This document shows, in pieces, positions 1 through 8,961 of a stretch of DNA of 64,000 nt. Both the position numbers and the translations under genes were made by a program. This stretch comes from an uncultured Elusimicrobia bacterium (lineage in GTDB: Bacteria > Elusimicrobiota > Elusimicrobia > FEN-1173): NCBI GenBank assembly GCA_964484135.1, contig CAZAEL010000004.1:19164-83163 (forward strand), written 5' to 3'. The notes beneath the pieces were generated by a model that saw only the letters and a program-made list of their open reading frames with translations, made no database searches and was not told the origin of the DNA. Each line of letters begins with the position of its first letter. Positions within the stretch are counted from its first letter, which is position 1.

Positions 1-65
1 TGGGGGGTGTGTTTCAGCCCGTTCTTGCGGACGTATTCGCGGAAAATGGCGAGTTCGTTGTTCAT
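1..65 (-). CDS. Fur-family metalloregulator, N-terminal fragment (runs off window start)
   Basis: Hand translation from ATG at 65: MNNELAIFREYVRKNGLKHTPQ, matching the Fur-family N-terminus (F..Y....GLK.T.QR); a Fur-box-like palindrome lies just upstream. Not in the ORF track because it is truncated. Confidence 0.75.
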   Translation of the reverse strand, partial: MNNELAIFREYVRKNGLKHTP

Positions 66-68
66 CGA

Positions 69-89
69 AATTGATATTCAATCTCAATT
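69..89. promoter_or_regulatory. Fur-box-like operator
   Basis: AATTGATATTCAATCTCAATT, a 21-bp near-perfect palindrome (9/10 pairs) overlapping the -10/TSS of the Fur-family gene; near-identical copy at 1256-1276. Confidence 0.75.
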
Positions 90-115
90 ATAGAACGCTC
101 CCGCCGGCTTGTCAA
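87..115 (-). promoter_or_regulatory. sigma70 promoter of Fur-family gene
   Basis: Minus strand TTGACA (115-110), 17 nt spacer, TATAAT (92-87): perfect consensus. Confidence 0.85.
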
Positions 116-144
116 GCCCCGCGAAGTCGCCCCGGGCCGTCCGG

Positions 145-906
145 TCAAAGGCGGAACGCCGCGCCGGCCAGGAGGGTCCTGTCCGTTTCCGGCCCGTTCA
201 GGCCGACCTTCACGCCCACATCCACGTCCACGTCCGCGGTGAGCCCGAGGATCATCCCTCCCAGGAGGAACGCGGGGCCGGCGCGGCCCCGGGACAGGGT
301 TTCCCTCTCCAGGCCCGCGTTGGCCACCCACGCAAGCCGGGGAGACGCCCGCACCTCCGCCGCCACGCAACCGTGCCAATGGCGGGGACGGCCCCCCTGC
401 CATTCCCGCGCCAGGTTCCCGTGCAGGGCGCCCCAGCGGGCCTCCCGGCTGAGGATGAGGGTCCCGGCGTACGCGGGCCGGTCGTCGCCCAGCCCCTTGC
501 TTTCTTCGCCCGTGGGCAGGGTGACGCCCGGTTTGAGGGCCAGGCTCCAGCGGCCCCTGCGCGCCGCGCGCCACTTCACCTCAAGAGAAGCGTCGGCCAG
601 GCCCTGCCCGGCAAAGCGCCCCTCCGGCCCCCGGCTCAGGAACCGTTCCAGCGGCGCGCCGAGAACGACGTCCAGCGACTCCAGTCCTCCATAGGAAAAG
701 ACGGACGCGAAGGTGGTCCGCGTGTCCGTGGAATCCGCCTCGTGGTCGCGCCCGTGCTCGGCGTTGACCTCCCACTGGCCGCGGCCGCGCCCCAGCACGC
801 CCGCGTCGTCCGAGACGAGCGGATGGGCGGCGAAGGCCGGCCGAGACCCGATCAAACAAAGGATCAGCAGACCCCGGCGCGCCCGGCTCCGCGGCTTTCG
901 CTCCAT
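145..906 (-). CDS. Outer-membrane beta-barrel 'transporter' (Phenol_MetA_deg-like family)
   Basis: Signal peptide, AAHPLVSDDAG N-terminal motif, G.GLAD..LEVKW and LKPGVTLPTG motifs, amphipathic strands, C-terminal aromatic (AAFRL). Confidence 0.7.
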   Translation of the reverse strand: MERKPRSRARRGLLILCLIGSRPAFAAHPLVSDDAGVLGRGRGQWEVNAEHGRDHEADSTDTRTTFASVFSYGGLESLDVVLGAPLERFLSRGPEGRFAGQGLADASLEVKWRAARRGRWSLALKPGVTLPTGEESKGLGDDRPAYAGTLILSREARWGALHGNLAREWQGGRPRHWHGCVAAEVRASPRLAWVANAGLERETLSRGRAGPAFLLGGMILGLTADVDVDVGVKVGLNGPETDRTLLAGAAFRL

Positions 907-915
907 GGCCCGGGA

Positions 916-1149
916 CTACTTAAGGTCGAACCGCGGGCGCCCGTCGTCGAAACGCACCGAATAGCGGGCTCCTCCGCCTTCGTCCAGGAGAGGGTGCTCG
1001 GCGGCCTCCTGGAGCATGCGGCAAAGCTCCCGGAACGCCTCCCGGGGCAGCCGCAGGGCCGCGTTCCCGACGGACAGGTGCACGTCTTCGCAGCCCCGGC
1101 ACAGGACCGCCTGTCCCAGCCCGGGCCTTTCAGCCAATTTTTGATACAT
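916..1149 (-). CDS. Small hypothetical protein (77 aa) with CxxCxxxH motif
   Basis: GAGGTG RBS before ATG at 1149 (MYQKLAERPGLGQAVLCRGCEDVHLSVG...); first gene behind the Fur-boxed promoter; 9-nt gap to the next gene. Confidence 0.65.
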   Translation of the reverse strand: MYQKLAERPGLGQAVLCRGCEDVHLSVGNAALRLPREAFRELCRMLQEAAEHPLLDEGGGARYSVRFDDGRPRFDLK

Positions 1150-1255
1150 GGGGTCACCTCGCGTTTCGTCGTGAAACCGGGCGGCGGGGAAGGGGGCCCC
1201 CGCCGCCAAACCTTTTTGGGCCGGCGCCGCCCCTCTTCCGGGGAGTCCGCCCCCT

Positions 1256-1276
1256 TAATGATATTGAGTCTCAATT
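1256..1276. promoter_or_regulatory. Fur-box-like operator
   Basis: TAATGATATTGAGTCTCAATT, shares TGATATTnAnTCTCAATT with the box at 69-89; lies at the TSS of the promoter at 1280-1308. Confidence 0.7.
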
Positions 1277-1279
1277 TCA

Positions 1280-1308
1280 ATTATAGGGAAAGCCGGTTTT
1301 TTTGTCAA
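1280..1308 (-). promoter_or_regulatory. sigma70 promoter of CxxC protein/beta-barrel operon
   Basis: Minus strand TTGACA (1308-1303), 17 nt, TATAAT (1285-1280). Confidence 0.85.
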
Positions 1309-1337
1309 GCGAAAAATATGGTAGGCTTGGCGCTGCC

Positions 1338-2681
1338 ATGGACAAGGACCCTTCCCCCCCGCTGGCGCGCGGCCTCGGCCTCCTCGACGCGGGGGCCCTG
1401 GTGGTGGGCTGCGTGATCGGGGCCGGCATCTTCCGCCTCTCCGATTCGGTGGCGCAGCAGTCCCCCTCGGCCTTCATGTTCCTCCTGGCCTGGGTCCTGG
1501 GCGGCGTCCTGTCCCTCGCCGGCGCGCTCTGTTTCGCGGAGCTCAGCACCCTGTACCCGAAAACGGGCGGCGACTACGTGTTCCTGACCGAGGGGTACGG
1601 CCCGGCGTGGGGCTTCCTCTTCGGCTGGACCAAGCTGTTCGTTCAGCGCACCGGCACCACGGCCATCATTTCCTACATTTTCGCGGAGCACACCTGCCGC
1701 GCCTTCGGCTGCCCCCCCTCCTTCGCCAAATGGCTCGCCACCGCCGCCATCCTGTTCGTGACCGGCGCCAACATCGCGGGGCTGCGGTTCGGCAAAAGCA
1801 TCCAGAACGTCTTCACCGGCCTGAAGGTGCTGGCCATCCTGTTGATCATCCTGGCCGGGGCCGCGTTCCAAAAGGGTTCCGTGCAGAATTTCACCCCCTT
1901 TTGGCCGGAGTGGTCCCCCCGGCTGATCTCGCAGACGGGCCTGGCGTTGATCTTCGTGCTGTGGACGTACGGCGGGTGGGAGGGGGCGGCGCACGTGGCC
2001 GAGGAGGTGAAGGAGCCGGAAAAAAACGTGCCGCGGGCCCTGGTGGGCGGCCTGCTGGCCGTCATGGGCCTCTACATCCTGATCAACCTGGTATACCTCT
2101 ATTATATGCCCTTGGGGGAGATGCGGGGGACGGACCTGGTGGCGGCGGGGACCATGGACAAGATCTGGCCGGGGCTCGGGGGGCGGGTCGTGGCCGGGAT
2201 GGTGATGGCGTCCACGCTGGGGGCGCTGAACGGCTTCGTGCTGGCCACGTCCCGCGTGCTCTACGCCCTGGGCAAGGACCACGCGCTGTTCCGGTGGCTG
2301 GGGCGGGTCCATCCCGCCACACAGACGCCGGTCCGGGCGCTGGCGTCCTTCGCCGCGGTGTCCCTGCTCCTGGTTTGGACCGGCACGCTGGACAAGATCG
2401 TGACCTACACCGAGGTGATCATCTACATCTTCTTCGCCATGACCGGCGTCACGCTGTACGTGTTCCGGCGGCGCATGCCGGACGCGCCCCGGGCCTACAA
2501 AGTCTGGGGCTATCCCTGGGTGCCGGCCCTCTTCGTGCTGATGTGCTTGGCCTTCGCGGCCAACGCCATCCGGGAGCAGCCCAGGGAGGCGCTCCTGGGC
2601 GTTTTCGTGGCCGGCCTGGGCCTGCCGCTGTATTGGCTCTCGAACGGACTTTCCCGCCGCGGGGCTAGCGCTTCTTCCTGA
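1338..2681 (+). CDS. APC-family amino acid permease
   Basis: IGAGIF TM1 motif, about 12 TM segments, WTYGGWE motif. Start moved from TTG 1302 to ATG 1338. Confidence 0.9.
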   Translation: MDKDPSPPLARGLGLLDAGALVVGCVIGAGIFRLSDSVAQQSPSAFMFLLAWVLGGVLSLAGALCFAELSTLYPKTGGDYVFLTEGYGPAWGFLFGWTKLFVQRTGTTAIISYIFAEHTCRAFGCPPSFAKWLATAAILFVTGANIAGLRFGKSIQNVFTGLKVLAILLIILAGAAFQKGSVQNFTPFWPEWSPRLISQTGLALIFVLWTYGGWEGAAHVAEEVKEPEKNVPRALVGGLLAVMGLYILINLVYLYYMPLGEMRGTDLVAAGTMDKIWPGLGGRVVAGMVMASTLGALNGFVLATSRVLYALGKDHALFRWLGRVHPATQTPVRALASFAAVSLLLVWTGTLDKIVTYTEVIIYIFFAMTGVTLYVFRRRMPDAPRAYKVWGYPWVPALFVLMCLAFAANAIREQPREALLGVFVAGLGLPLYWLSNGLSRRGASASS

Positions 2682-4599
2682 CCTTTCCCTCCGGGCCCGC
2701 CGCGGTCCGGAACCGCCCCGCGTACTCCCGCAACCCGCGCAGCATCGCCTCCGCGCAATCGCACTGAAACGCCTCGGTCTTGAGCAGCGCCTCCTCCGCG
2801 GGCACGATCATGTACGCGGATTCCGTGAGCACGGCCGGCATCTGGGGCGTGCGGGCCAGGGCCAGGTTGCCGTAGTGCAGGCCGTCGTCCCGCAGGCCCT
2901 TCTCCCGGCCCCCGTCGCGCCCCACGATCCGCCCGTACGCCCGGTGGACGGCCTGGGCCAGGGCGAAGCTGTGGGGGTGGAAATAGTACACGCCGTACCC
3001 GTTTTTCTCCAGCGGGTTCCCCCCTTCGGGCAGGGCGTTGTTGTGGATGCTGATCAGCATGTCCGCCTTGGATTCCCAGGCCAGCTTGGGCCGATCGTAC
3101 AGCCCCACGTGCTCGTCCCCGCCGCGCAGCATGTACGCGGTGGCCCCCTCGGCGAGGAGCTTTTTTTGCAGGCACAGGGCGATGGCCAGGTTGGCGTCCT
3201 TTTCCAAAAACCCGGTGGGGCCCACGGCGCCGTTGTCCGAGGAGTGCCCCGCGTCCACGGCGATGGTGAGCCCCTCCAGCGGGGATCGGGCGTAAAGCGC
3301 GGACGGCGGGCGGCGGAGTTCCAGCACGAAGGTGGTCCCCTCATACCGTCCATCGTAACCCCACCAGGACCCCGGCGCGGTGTACACGGTGAGGCGATAG
3401 GTCTGGGCCTCGTCCTGGCGCCATTCCAGGAGGCCCACCGGTCCCTCGGAAGAGTCGTGGTGCATCCAATCCGTGTTGGACACCGCCCCGAAAAAAACCA
3501 CGTCCAGGCGTCCGCCGTCCGCCGCGGCCCGAATCTCGAAAGGCAGCTTGGCCCCCACCGGGACCCTCACCGCGGCGTGCCGGTCCCGCGACGACACGGA
3601 GGGGCTGCCGACCACGCCCGCCGGCACGGGCGTGCCTTCCGGAAGGAGCCGCACCTCGTCCACGCCGATCCAGGCGGAACGGGACGGCGACAGCTGGACC
3701 TTGAATTCCTGCCCCCGGCGGCCCGTCACCCGCAGACGGACGCCCGGCGGCGGGAAAAGCATGTATCCCCCCTTGTCGCCCGGTCCCAGCGCCGGCCCCG
3801 ACCGCAGCACCGCGATGGAGGTGGACACCTCCACCACCCGCGGGACCCTTTCGTTGAGCAGGGAAAGGCGGCCCGGCGCCTCCTTGGAAATCTTCCCCCC
3901 CCGCTTGCGGTCCATCAGCGTCACGCGGACGGCGGAGCCCTCCAGGACGTCGCGGGGATGGACGATGTACGCGCCCTGATAGATCCCGCCGCCGTTTTCC
4001 ACCATGGGAAATTTCCCCTTGACGTTCTCGATCTGGAAATGGGCCTCCAGGCCGGGGCTGCCCTTCGCCGTCACAACGATTTCCTCCCCGGGCAGGACCT
4101 CCCGCTCCGTGTCGGGCTTCACGTATTCAACGGTCAGGGGAGACGCCGGGGAGGGCTGGGGCGGCGGGGCCACATAAATCTGCCGCGTCAACAGCACCGT
4201 GCCCGTGGACAGGCGAAGCTCGGCCCGGACGGTGAAGCTGCCCGTGGACAGGGGGACCATGGCCAGGAAACCGCCGCCGGGGTGGATGGGGACGGGTTGG
4301 CCGTTGAGCGTGAGCTCGCCCCGGGGATCGGCGGAGCCGTACATGAAGGTGGACCGGACGAAGCCCAACCGGGCCCCTTCGGCCGGGTGCACCAGGCGGA
4401 GGGGACCGCCTTCCGCGGGAAGCGAGACCAGGGCGGGGAGGTTTTCTATGGACACGGCCGGGGCGGCCGCGTCGCCCGGAGGGGCCGCGATGGAAACGGC
4501 CGGGGCATCGTCGGCCCGGGCAGCGATGGGACATGAGAAGTGGGAAGTGAAAAGCAAAAAGACAAAAAAAGCGGGGAGGCCCCCTTTTGGGCTTCGCAT
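2665..4599 (-). CDS. N-acetylmuramoyl-L-alanine amidase (Amidase_3) with N-terminal accessory domains
   Basis: C-terminal IAVDAGH...EKDANL...LYDR...ISIHNNA...VLTESAY zinc-amidase motifs; signal peptide from ATG 4599; the upstream ORF extension is a shadow of the DUF819 gene. Confidence 0.9.
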   Translation of the reverse strand: MRSPKGGLPAFFVFLLFTSHFSCPIAARADDAPAVSIAAPPGDAAAPAVSIENLPALVSLPAEGGPLRLVHPAEGARLGFVRSTFMYGSADPRGELTLNGQPVPIHPGGGFLAMVPLSTGSFTVRAELRLSTGTVLLTRQIYVAPPPQPSPASPLTVEYVKPDTEREVLPGEEIVVTAKGSPGLEAHFQIENVKGKFPMVENGGGIYQGAYIVHPRDVLEGSAVRVTLMDRKRGGKISKEAPGRLSLLNERVPRVVEVSTSIAVLRSGPALGPGDKGGYMLFPPPGVRLRVTGRRGQEFKVQLSPSRSAWIGVDEVRLLPEGTPVPAGVVGSPSVSSRDRHAAVRVPVGAKLPFEIRAAADGGRLDVVFFGAVSNTDWMHHDSSEGPVGLLEWRQDEAQTYRLTVYTAPGSWWGYDGRYEGTTFVLELRRPPSALYARSPLEGLTIAVDAGHSSDNGAVGPTGFLEKDANLAIALCLQKKLLAEGATAYMLRGGDEHVGLYDRPKLAWESKADMLISIHNNALPEGGNPLEKNGYGVYYFHPHSFALAQAVHRAYGRIVGRDGGREKGLRDDGLHYGNLALARTPQMPAVLTESAYMIVPAEEALLKTEAFQCDCAEAMLRGLREYAGRFRTAAGPEGKVRKKR

Positions 4600-4637
4600 T
4601 TTCCACTTTCGTTCACTTGCCACTTGCCACCTCTCAC
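4534..4637. repeat. Heptamer-repeat palindromic element
   Basis: Left arm TGAGAAG TGGGAAG TGAAAAG CAAAAAG; right arm CATTTTC CACTTTC .. CACTTGC CACTTGC CACCTCT; overlaps the amidase start and signal peptide. Confidence 0.65.
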
Positions 4638-4646
4638 GCTCCATTT

Positions 4647-5831
4647 TTACGGACCCACCCACCGGCAGGCCTGCGCCGTCAAAAATCCGATGTACGTCCC
4701 GGCCACGTTCCCCAGCACCGCCAGGAGCAGCCCCAGGGCGGCGAAGGCCGGACGGTACACCGCCGCCACCAGCGGCGCGGAGACGGTGCCGCCCACGCAG
4801 GCCTGGCTGGCCGTGGCCAGCAGGAACAGGGGCGCCTTCATCCACCGCCCGGCCAGGAACAACACGGCGCCGTGGACGGCCAACAGGAGCCCCCCGGCGG
4901 CCAGGAACAGGGGCGCCTCCACGATGGCGGACAGCCGCACCCGGGCCCCCAGGGAAGCCAACAAAATATACAAAATCGCCGTGCCCCACCGCTCACAGAA
5001 GTTCCGTGTCGCAGGTTTCATGTTCCGCGTGAAAGCCCAAGCGCAAGCCAAGCTCAAGGTGGTCGCCAAAAAAACGGTCCAGGTGGCGTGCGATACGGCC
5101 GAGCCCACGGCAGGCAACGCGTCTCCCGCGAACAGGGAAAAAGCCGCCAACACCGAACAGACGGCAAATGCCGAGAACTCGGCTGTTCCGAAAAGCCGTT
5201 TCTCCCCGGCCGTTCGGCCTGTGTCCTCGTTTTCAATTCGGAGCCCGGAACCCGGAGCAGGCGGTTCCGCCCTGTTCCATCGGTCGAACCTCTCCTGATG
5301 CCCCGCCAGGAAGACCAGGAGCGCCATCCAGGCGTACGCGAAAAAGGTGTCCACCACCACGGCCGGGGCGAACACGGGGTCCGGAACGGCCAGGGCCTCC
5401 TTCAGGGCCAGCATGTTGGCGCTCCCGCCGGTCCAACTGGCGGACAGCGCCCCCACCGCCTTCCAGGACTCCGCCGGCAGAAAGGGCCGGAACAGGGAAT
5501 AGGACGCCACCGCCCCCAGGGAAATCCCCGCCATCCCCGCGATCATGGCCGCCAAGGCGGGCCGGCCCAGGGCGGCCAGGGACCGGACGTCCACGGGCAG
5601 GAGCAGGAGCGCCAGGCACAGGGGCAGGGCGTACCGGGACAGGAAAGGATAGAGCGGCGACTCCAGGGGAAAGACGCCCAGCGTGGAACCCGCCATGGGG
5701 AGGAAGTAACACCAAAAGGGCACGGGAAGGAAACGGAACGCTTTTTGAACCGGGCCGCGGCCCTTGGCCCATTGGACCAGGACCACAAGCCCCGCCAAAC
5801 AGGCCAGGAGCGCAAGAGGGTTCCGGATCAT
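4647..5831 (-). CDS. DUF819 family membrane protein
   Basis: About 10-11 TMs, SASWTGGSANM and ASQACVGG..SAP motifs typical of DUF819; ATG 5831 overlaps the epimerase stop (ATGA). Confidence 0.8.
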   Translation of the reverse strand: MIRNPLALLACLAGLVVLVQWAKGRGPVQKAFRFLPVPFWCYFLPMAGSTLGVFPLESPLYPFLSRYALPLCLALLLLPVDVRSLAALGRPALAAMIAGMAGISLGAVASYSLFRPFLPAESWKAVGALSASWTGGSANMLALKEALAVPDPVFAPAVVVDTFFAYAWMALLVFLAGHQERFDRWNRAEPPAPGSGLRIENEDTGRTAGEKRLFGTAEFSAFAVCSVLAAFSLFAGDALPAVGSAVSHATWTVFLATTLSLACAWAFTRNMKPATRNFCERWGTAILYILLASLGARVRLSAIVEAPLFLAAGGLLLAVHGAVLFLAGRWMKAPLFLLATASQACVGGTVSAPLVAAVYRPAFAALGLLLAVLGNVAGTYIGFLTAQACRWVGP

Positions 5832-7000
5832 TTCGTCCCGCCCCTTCGGGCCCCCCAGTCCACGCCGAGCCCCGGACGGGGACGTTCGGGGAGGGACACC
5901 TCCGGCCCCCGGCGCACGTACCCGCCCGCGGGCCCGTCCACGAACAGGTCCGAGTCCAGGTCCGCGTGGTCGAAAATCCCCTTCCCGCAGGCGTAGTGGA
6001 CGCTGGCGGTCAGTCCCAGGGCCGACTCCGCCATGCAGCCGATCATGAAAACAGGGGCTGGGCGCCGGGGACCCGGGACCCGGGAAAACACAGAAACGAT
6101 GTCTTGGCTCCGCGACAACCCGCTTTTCGCCAGTTTGATGTTGACCCCCTGGGCCAGGCGGCCCGTCCTGACACGGCGCGCGTCCGCCGGCGTCTGCACG
6201 GATTCGTCCAGCAGGATCGGGACGGGAACCCGGCCGCGGAACGACGCCAACGTTTTCCAGTCCTTCTTGGGAAAAGGCTCCTCCACCAGCTCCAGGTCCA
6301 CGCCGTCGCGTCGGGTCTGATCCAGCAATGCCTCCAGCGGGTCCGGTCCGTAACTTTGGTTCGCGTCCGCCAGGAGGCGGGCCCGGGGCGCGGCCCGGCG
6401 GGCCTGACGGATCCGCTCCCGGTCCAGGCAGGGGGCCTCGCGGCCGTTCAACTTGAGCTTGAAAGCGCGGAAGCCCTGCCGCGTCCCTTTCCGCACCAGG
6501 GAAAAAACATCCGCCGGCGGCACCGCGGACACGCTCATGAGGGTTTCCAGACGGCGGCGCGCCCCGCCCCAGAGACGGAAAAAGGGGATGCCCAGGGCGC
6601 GGGCCAGCGCGTCCCACAGCGCGGTCTCGAAAGCGGCCACGGCCGTGGGGAAGCCGGGCTCCCGCCGCCAGGCGCCGCGCACGAGGCTCTCCATGTCCCG
6701 CGCGTCCGCCCCCTCATTCTCCCGGAAAAGGCGCCGGAGCGCGGCCGCCATCTTGGGCGCGGTCTGAAAAGCCATGGCCAGGGAGGAGGACGCCTCCCCG
6801 TACCCGGCCGCGCCGCCGGACAGCCGGACGCGGACCACCAGGTTGTCCGTGTGGGACTTGGCGCCCAGGGAAGTGACGAAAACCCGCCGGAGGGGCCAGC
6901 GGACCGGGAAAACGTCCAGGGAGGAAAGGCGGAATTTATTGGCCAGAGGCGGGGGCTTGCGGCTGAAACAGCTCGGCCGGCTTTTCCGTCTCGGGAACAA
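5828..7000 (-). CDS. Dipeptide epimerase (L-Ala-D/L-Glu epimerase, enolase superfamily)
   Basis: FKLKL, DANQ, EEP, LDES, NIKLAKSG, IGCMAES and DLD motifs. True start uncertain (about 6946-7000). Confidence 0.85.
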   Translation of the reverse strand: MFPRRKSRPSCFSRKPPPLANKFRLSSLDVFPVRWPLRRVFVTSLGAKSHTDNLVVRVRLSGGAAGYGEASSSLAMAFQTAPKMAAALRRLFRENEGADARDMESLVRGAWRREPGFPTAVAAFETALWDALARALGIPFFRLWGGARRRLETLMSVSAVPPADVFSLVRKGTRQGFRAFKLKLNGREAPCLDRERIRQARRAAPRARLLADANQSYGPDPLEALLDQTRRDGVDLELVEEPFPKKDWKTLASFRGRVPVPILLDESVQTPADARRVRTGRLAQGVNIKLAKSGLSRSQDIVSVFSRVPGPRRPAPVFMIGCMAESALGLTASVHYACGKGIFDHADLDSDLFVDGPAGGYVRRGPEVSLPERPRPGLGVDWGARRGGTK

Positions 7001-8111
7001 GCCGGCCCAGGTACACGTATCGGTTCTGCACCGCCTCCAGGGGGGCGATGTCCTTGAGGGGCTTGCCCAGCTTGTTCTTCACGGTGGTTTCGCGGACCAC
7101 GTTGAACTCATGGACCGCCTCCAGAACCCGGTCCCCTTCCACGAACAACATCACGTGCACCACCCGGTTGGGATCGTCCAGGGGCGCCAGGAAAATCAGG
7201 TCCGCGGGCTTCATGTCGGACAAGAACACCGGGCGGGATTTCAGATACTGTTCGTGGGCGTCCCGCGGCACGTCCAGGCCGTTGACGCGGTAAGACAGGT
7301 TCACCAAGCCGGAGCAGTCCACGCCCGTGGGCGCGTCGGCGGCGTCCTTGCGGTGGGGACAGCGGCCGCCCCAATAGTAGGGGTCCTTTAAGAAGAGGCG
7401 GGCCGCGCGCAGGATGGACTGGCGGAGCGCCCCCTCCTCCCGGGGCAGGTCCGCGAGACGCGCCACGTCCTTCTCCGCGACCCACCCCTCCGTGCCGTCG
7501 GGACGAAGCACCCGGGCCCAGGGGCCCTCAGGCGGCTCCGCCGCGAGCCGGGCCCCCAAAGGGACCTCCAGGAAGGGGCCCTTCTTGGGACCCTGCGCGT
7601 ACAGCCGGGCGTACCGCACACAGACCACGGCCGTGGGCTTGAAATCCGCGGGCTTGGGACGGAGGAAATGCCTGAGCACCCATCCCGGATAGCCCTCCCA
7701 TTTTTGGGCGTGGGAAAATTCCGGCTGCTCCAGGGCCTCGATCCGGGCCCAGGCGCCCTGCTCCTCCAGGACCCGGACCTCCTCCCCGAACAGGACCTGC
7801 GTTTCCTGAAAGGGGTCCAGGTCATAGGGGCTTTTCAGGGCCGCGGTGTCCGCCGCCGGACGCGGCTCCCGTCGCACATCCAAGAGAGGCGCGGCCACCA
7901 GATGGGAAGGGGCGGGCGGGGAGGGGAGGGGCTCCAAGACGTCAATGGAAACCGGGGAAACCGTGGGGGAAAGGGAATCCGGGTCTTCCGCGGCCAAAGG
8001 ACCGACGGCGAGGAAACATCCCCAAAAGAGAAGGCCCGCCGGGATGGCGCGGCCGGCAAAACAAAACCATCCCGTCTCCCGCCCGCGGCGGAGGCGGCTC
8101 TCGGCCATCAT
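6936..8111 (-). CDS. NlpC/P60 peptidase with SH3 domains (YkfC-like gamma-D-glutamyl-diamino-acid peptidase)
   Basis: TQVLFGE and GYPGWV SH3 motifs; PYYWGG...GVDCSGLV...LPRDA..Q-like and HVML catalytic motifs. Start uncertain. Confidence 0.85.
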   Translation of the reverse strand: MMAESRLRRGRETGWFCFAGRAIPAGLLFWGCFLAVGPLAAEDPDSLSPTVSPVSIDVLEPLPSPPAPSHLVAAPLLDVRREPRPAADTAALKSPYDLDPFQETQVLFGEEVRVLEEQGAWARIEALEQPEFSHAQKWEGYPGWVLRHFLRPKPADFKPTAVVCVRYARLYAQGPKKGPFLEVPLGARLAAEPPEGPWARVLRPDGTEGWVAEKDVARLADLPREEGALRQSILRAARLFLKDPYYWGGRCPHRKDAADAPTGVDCSGLVNLSYRVNGLDVPRDAHEQYLKSRPVFLSDMKPADLIFLAPLDDPNRVVHVMLFVEGDRVLEAVHEFNVVRETTVKNKLGKPLKDIAPLEAVQNRYVYLGRLVPETEKPAELFQPQAPASGQ

Positions 8112-8170
8112 CCCTCCCGTACGTCTTCTCATCTTTTCATGGACGGACCCCGCGACCGCCTGGCGTCCCG

Positions 8171-8941
8171 TCATATCCCCCATTCAACCAACCGCTCCAC
8201 CCACGGTTCAAAGGCCAGCAGGGTCCAGCCCGTCAAACGGGAGAACCCGCCGGTGGCGAGGAGGATCCCCATCAAGACGAGAAAGGCCCCCGCGGCCTTT
8301 TCCGTCCATCCCAGAAAACCCCGCGCTTTCCGGAAGAGGGACAGGAACCGGTCGAGGAACAGGGCGCCCGCCACAAAGGGGACGGCCAGCCCCGCGGCAT
8401 AAACGGACAGCAGCAAAACCCCCTGCCCGAGGGACTCCAGACCGCTGGCCAGCAGGAGGATGGAACCCAGGATGGGACCCACGCAGGGGGTCCAGCCGAA
8501 CCCGAAGGCGCATCCCACGGCAAAGGACCCCGCCCACCCCCCGGGCTTCCGACGGAGATGCACGCGGAAGTCTCTTTGAAGGACATCCACGCGCAGGACG
8601 CCGGCCAGCAAAAGCCCCAGGAAAATGGTCAAAACCCCTCCCGCCCGCGCGAACCACTCCTGATGGGCGAACAAGGCGCGCCCCAGGGCCGTGGCGCTGG
8701 CGCCCAAAACCACAAACACCGCCGAAAAGCCGGACACAAAGGCCAAGACATGCAGCAGATAGGGCGTGGACAGGACCGCCCGGCGCGAACCGTTCACCTC
8801 GCCCCCGGCCGGAACATCCAAGGAAACGCCCGTGACATAGGCGATGAAAACGGGGGCCAGAGGAAGCACACAGGGGCTCAAAAAACTCAACAGACCGGCC
8901 AGAAAGGCCGCCCCCCATCCGACCGCCGCGACGTCCTCCAT
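8171..8941 (-). CDS. ccdA: Cytochrome c biogenesis protein CcdA
   Basis: AFLAGLLSFLSPCVLPL and FGWTPCVGPILG motifs with both redox Cys; start at MEDVAAV (8941). Confidence 0.92.
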   Translation of the reverse strand: MEDVAAVGWGAAFLAGLLSFLSPCVLPLAPVFIAYVTGVSLDVPAGGEVNGSRRAVLSTPYLLHVLAFVSGFSAVFVVLGASATALGRALFAHQEWFARAGGVLTIFLGLLLAGVLRVDVLQRDFRVHLRRKPGGWAGSFAVGCAFGFGWTPCVGPILGSILLLASGLESLGQGVLLLSVYAAGLAVPFVAGALFLDRFLSLFRKARGFLGWTEKAAGAFLVLMGILLATGGFSRLTGWTLLAFEPWVERLVEWGI

Positions 8942-8961
8942 GGGACCTTGGCGCCCGCCCG

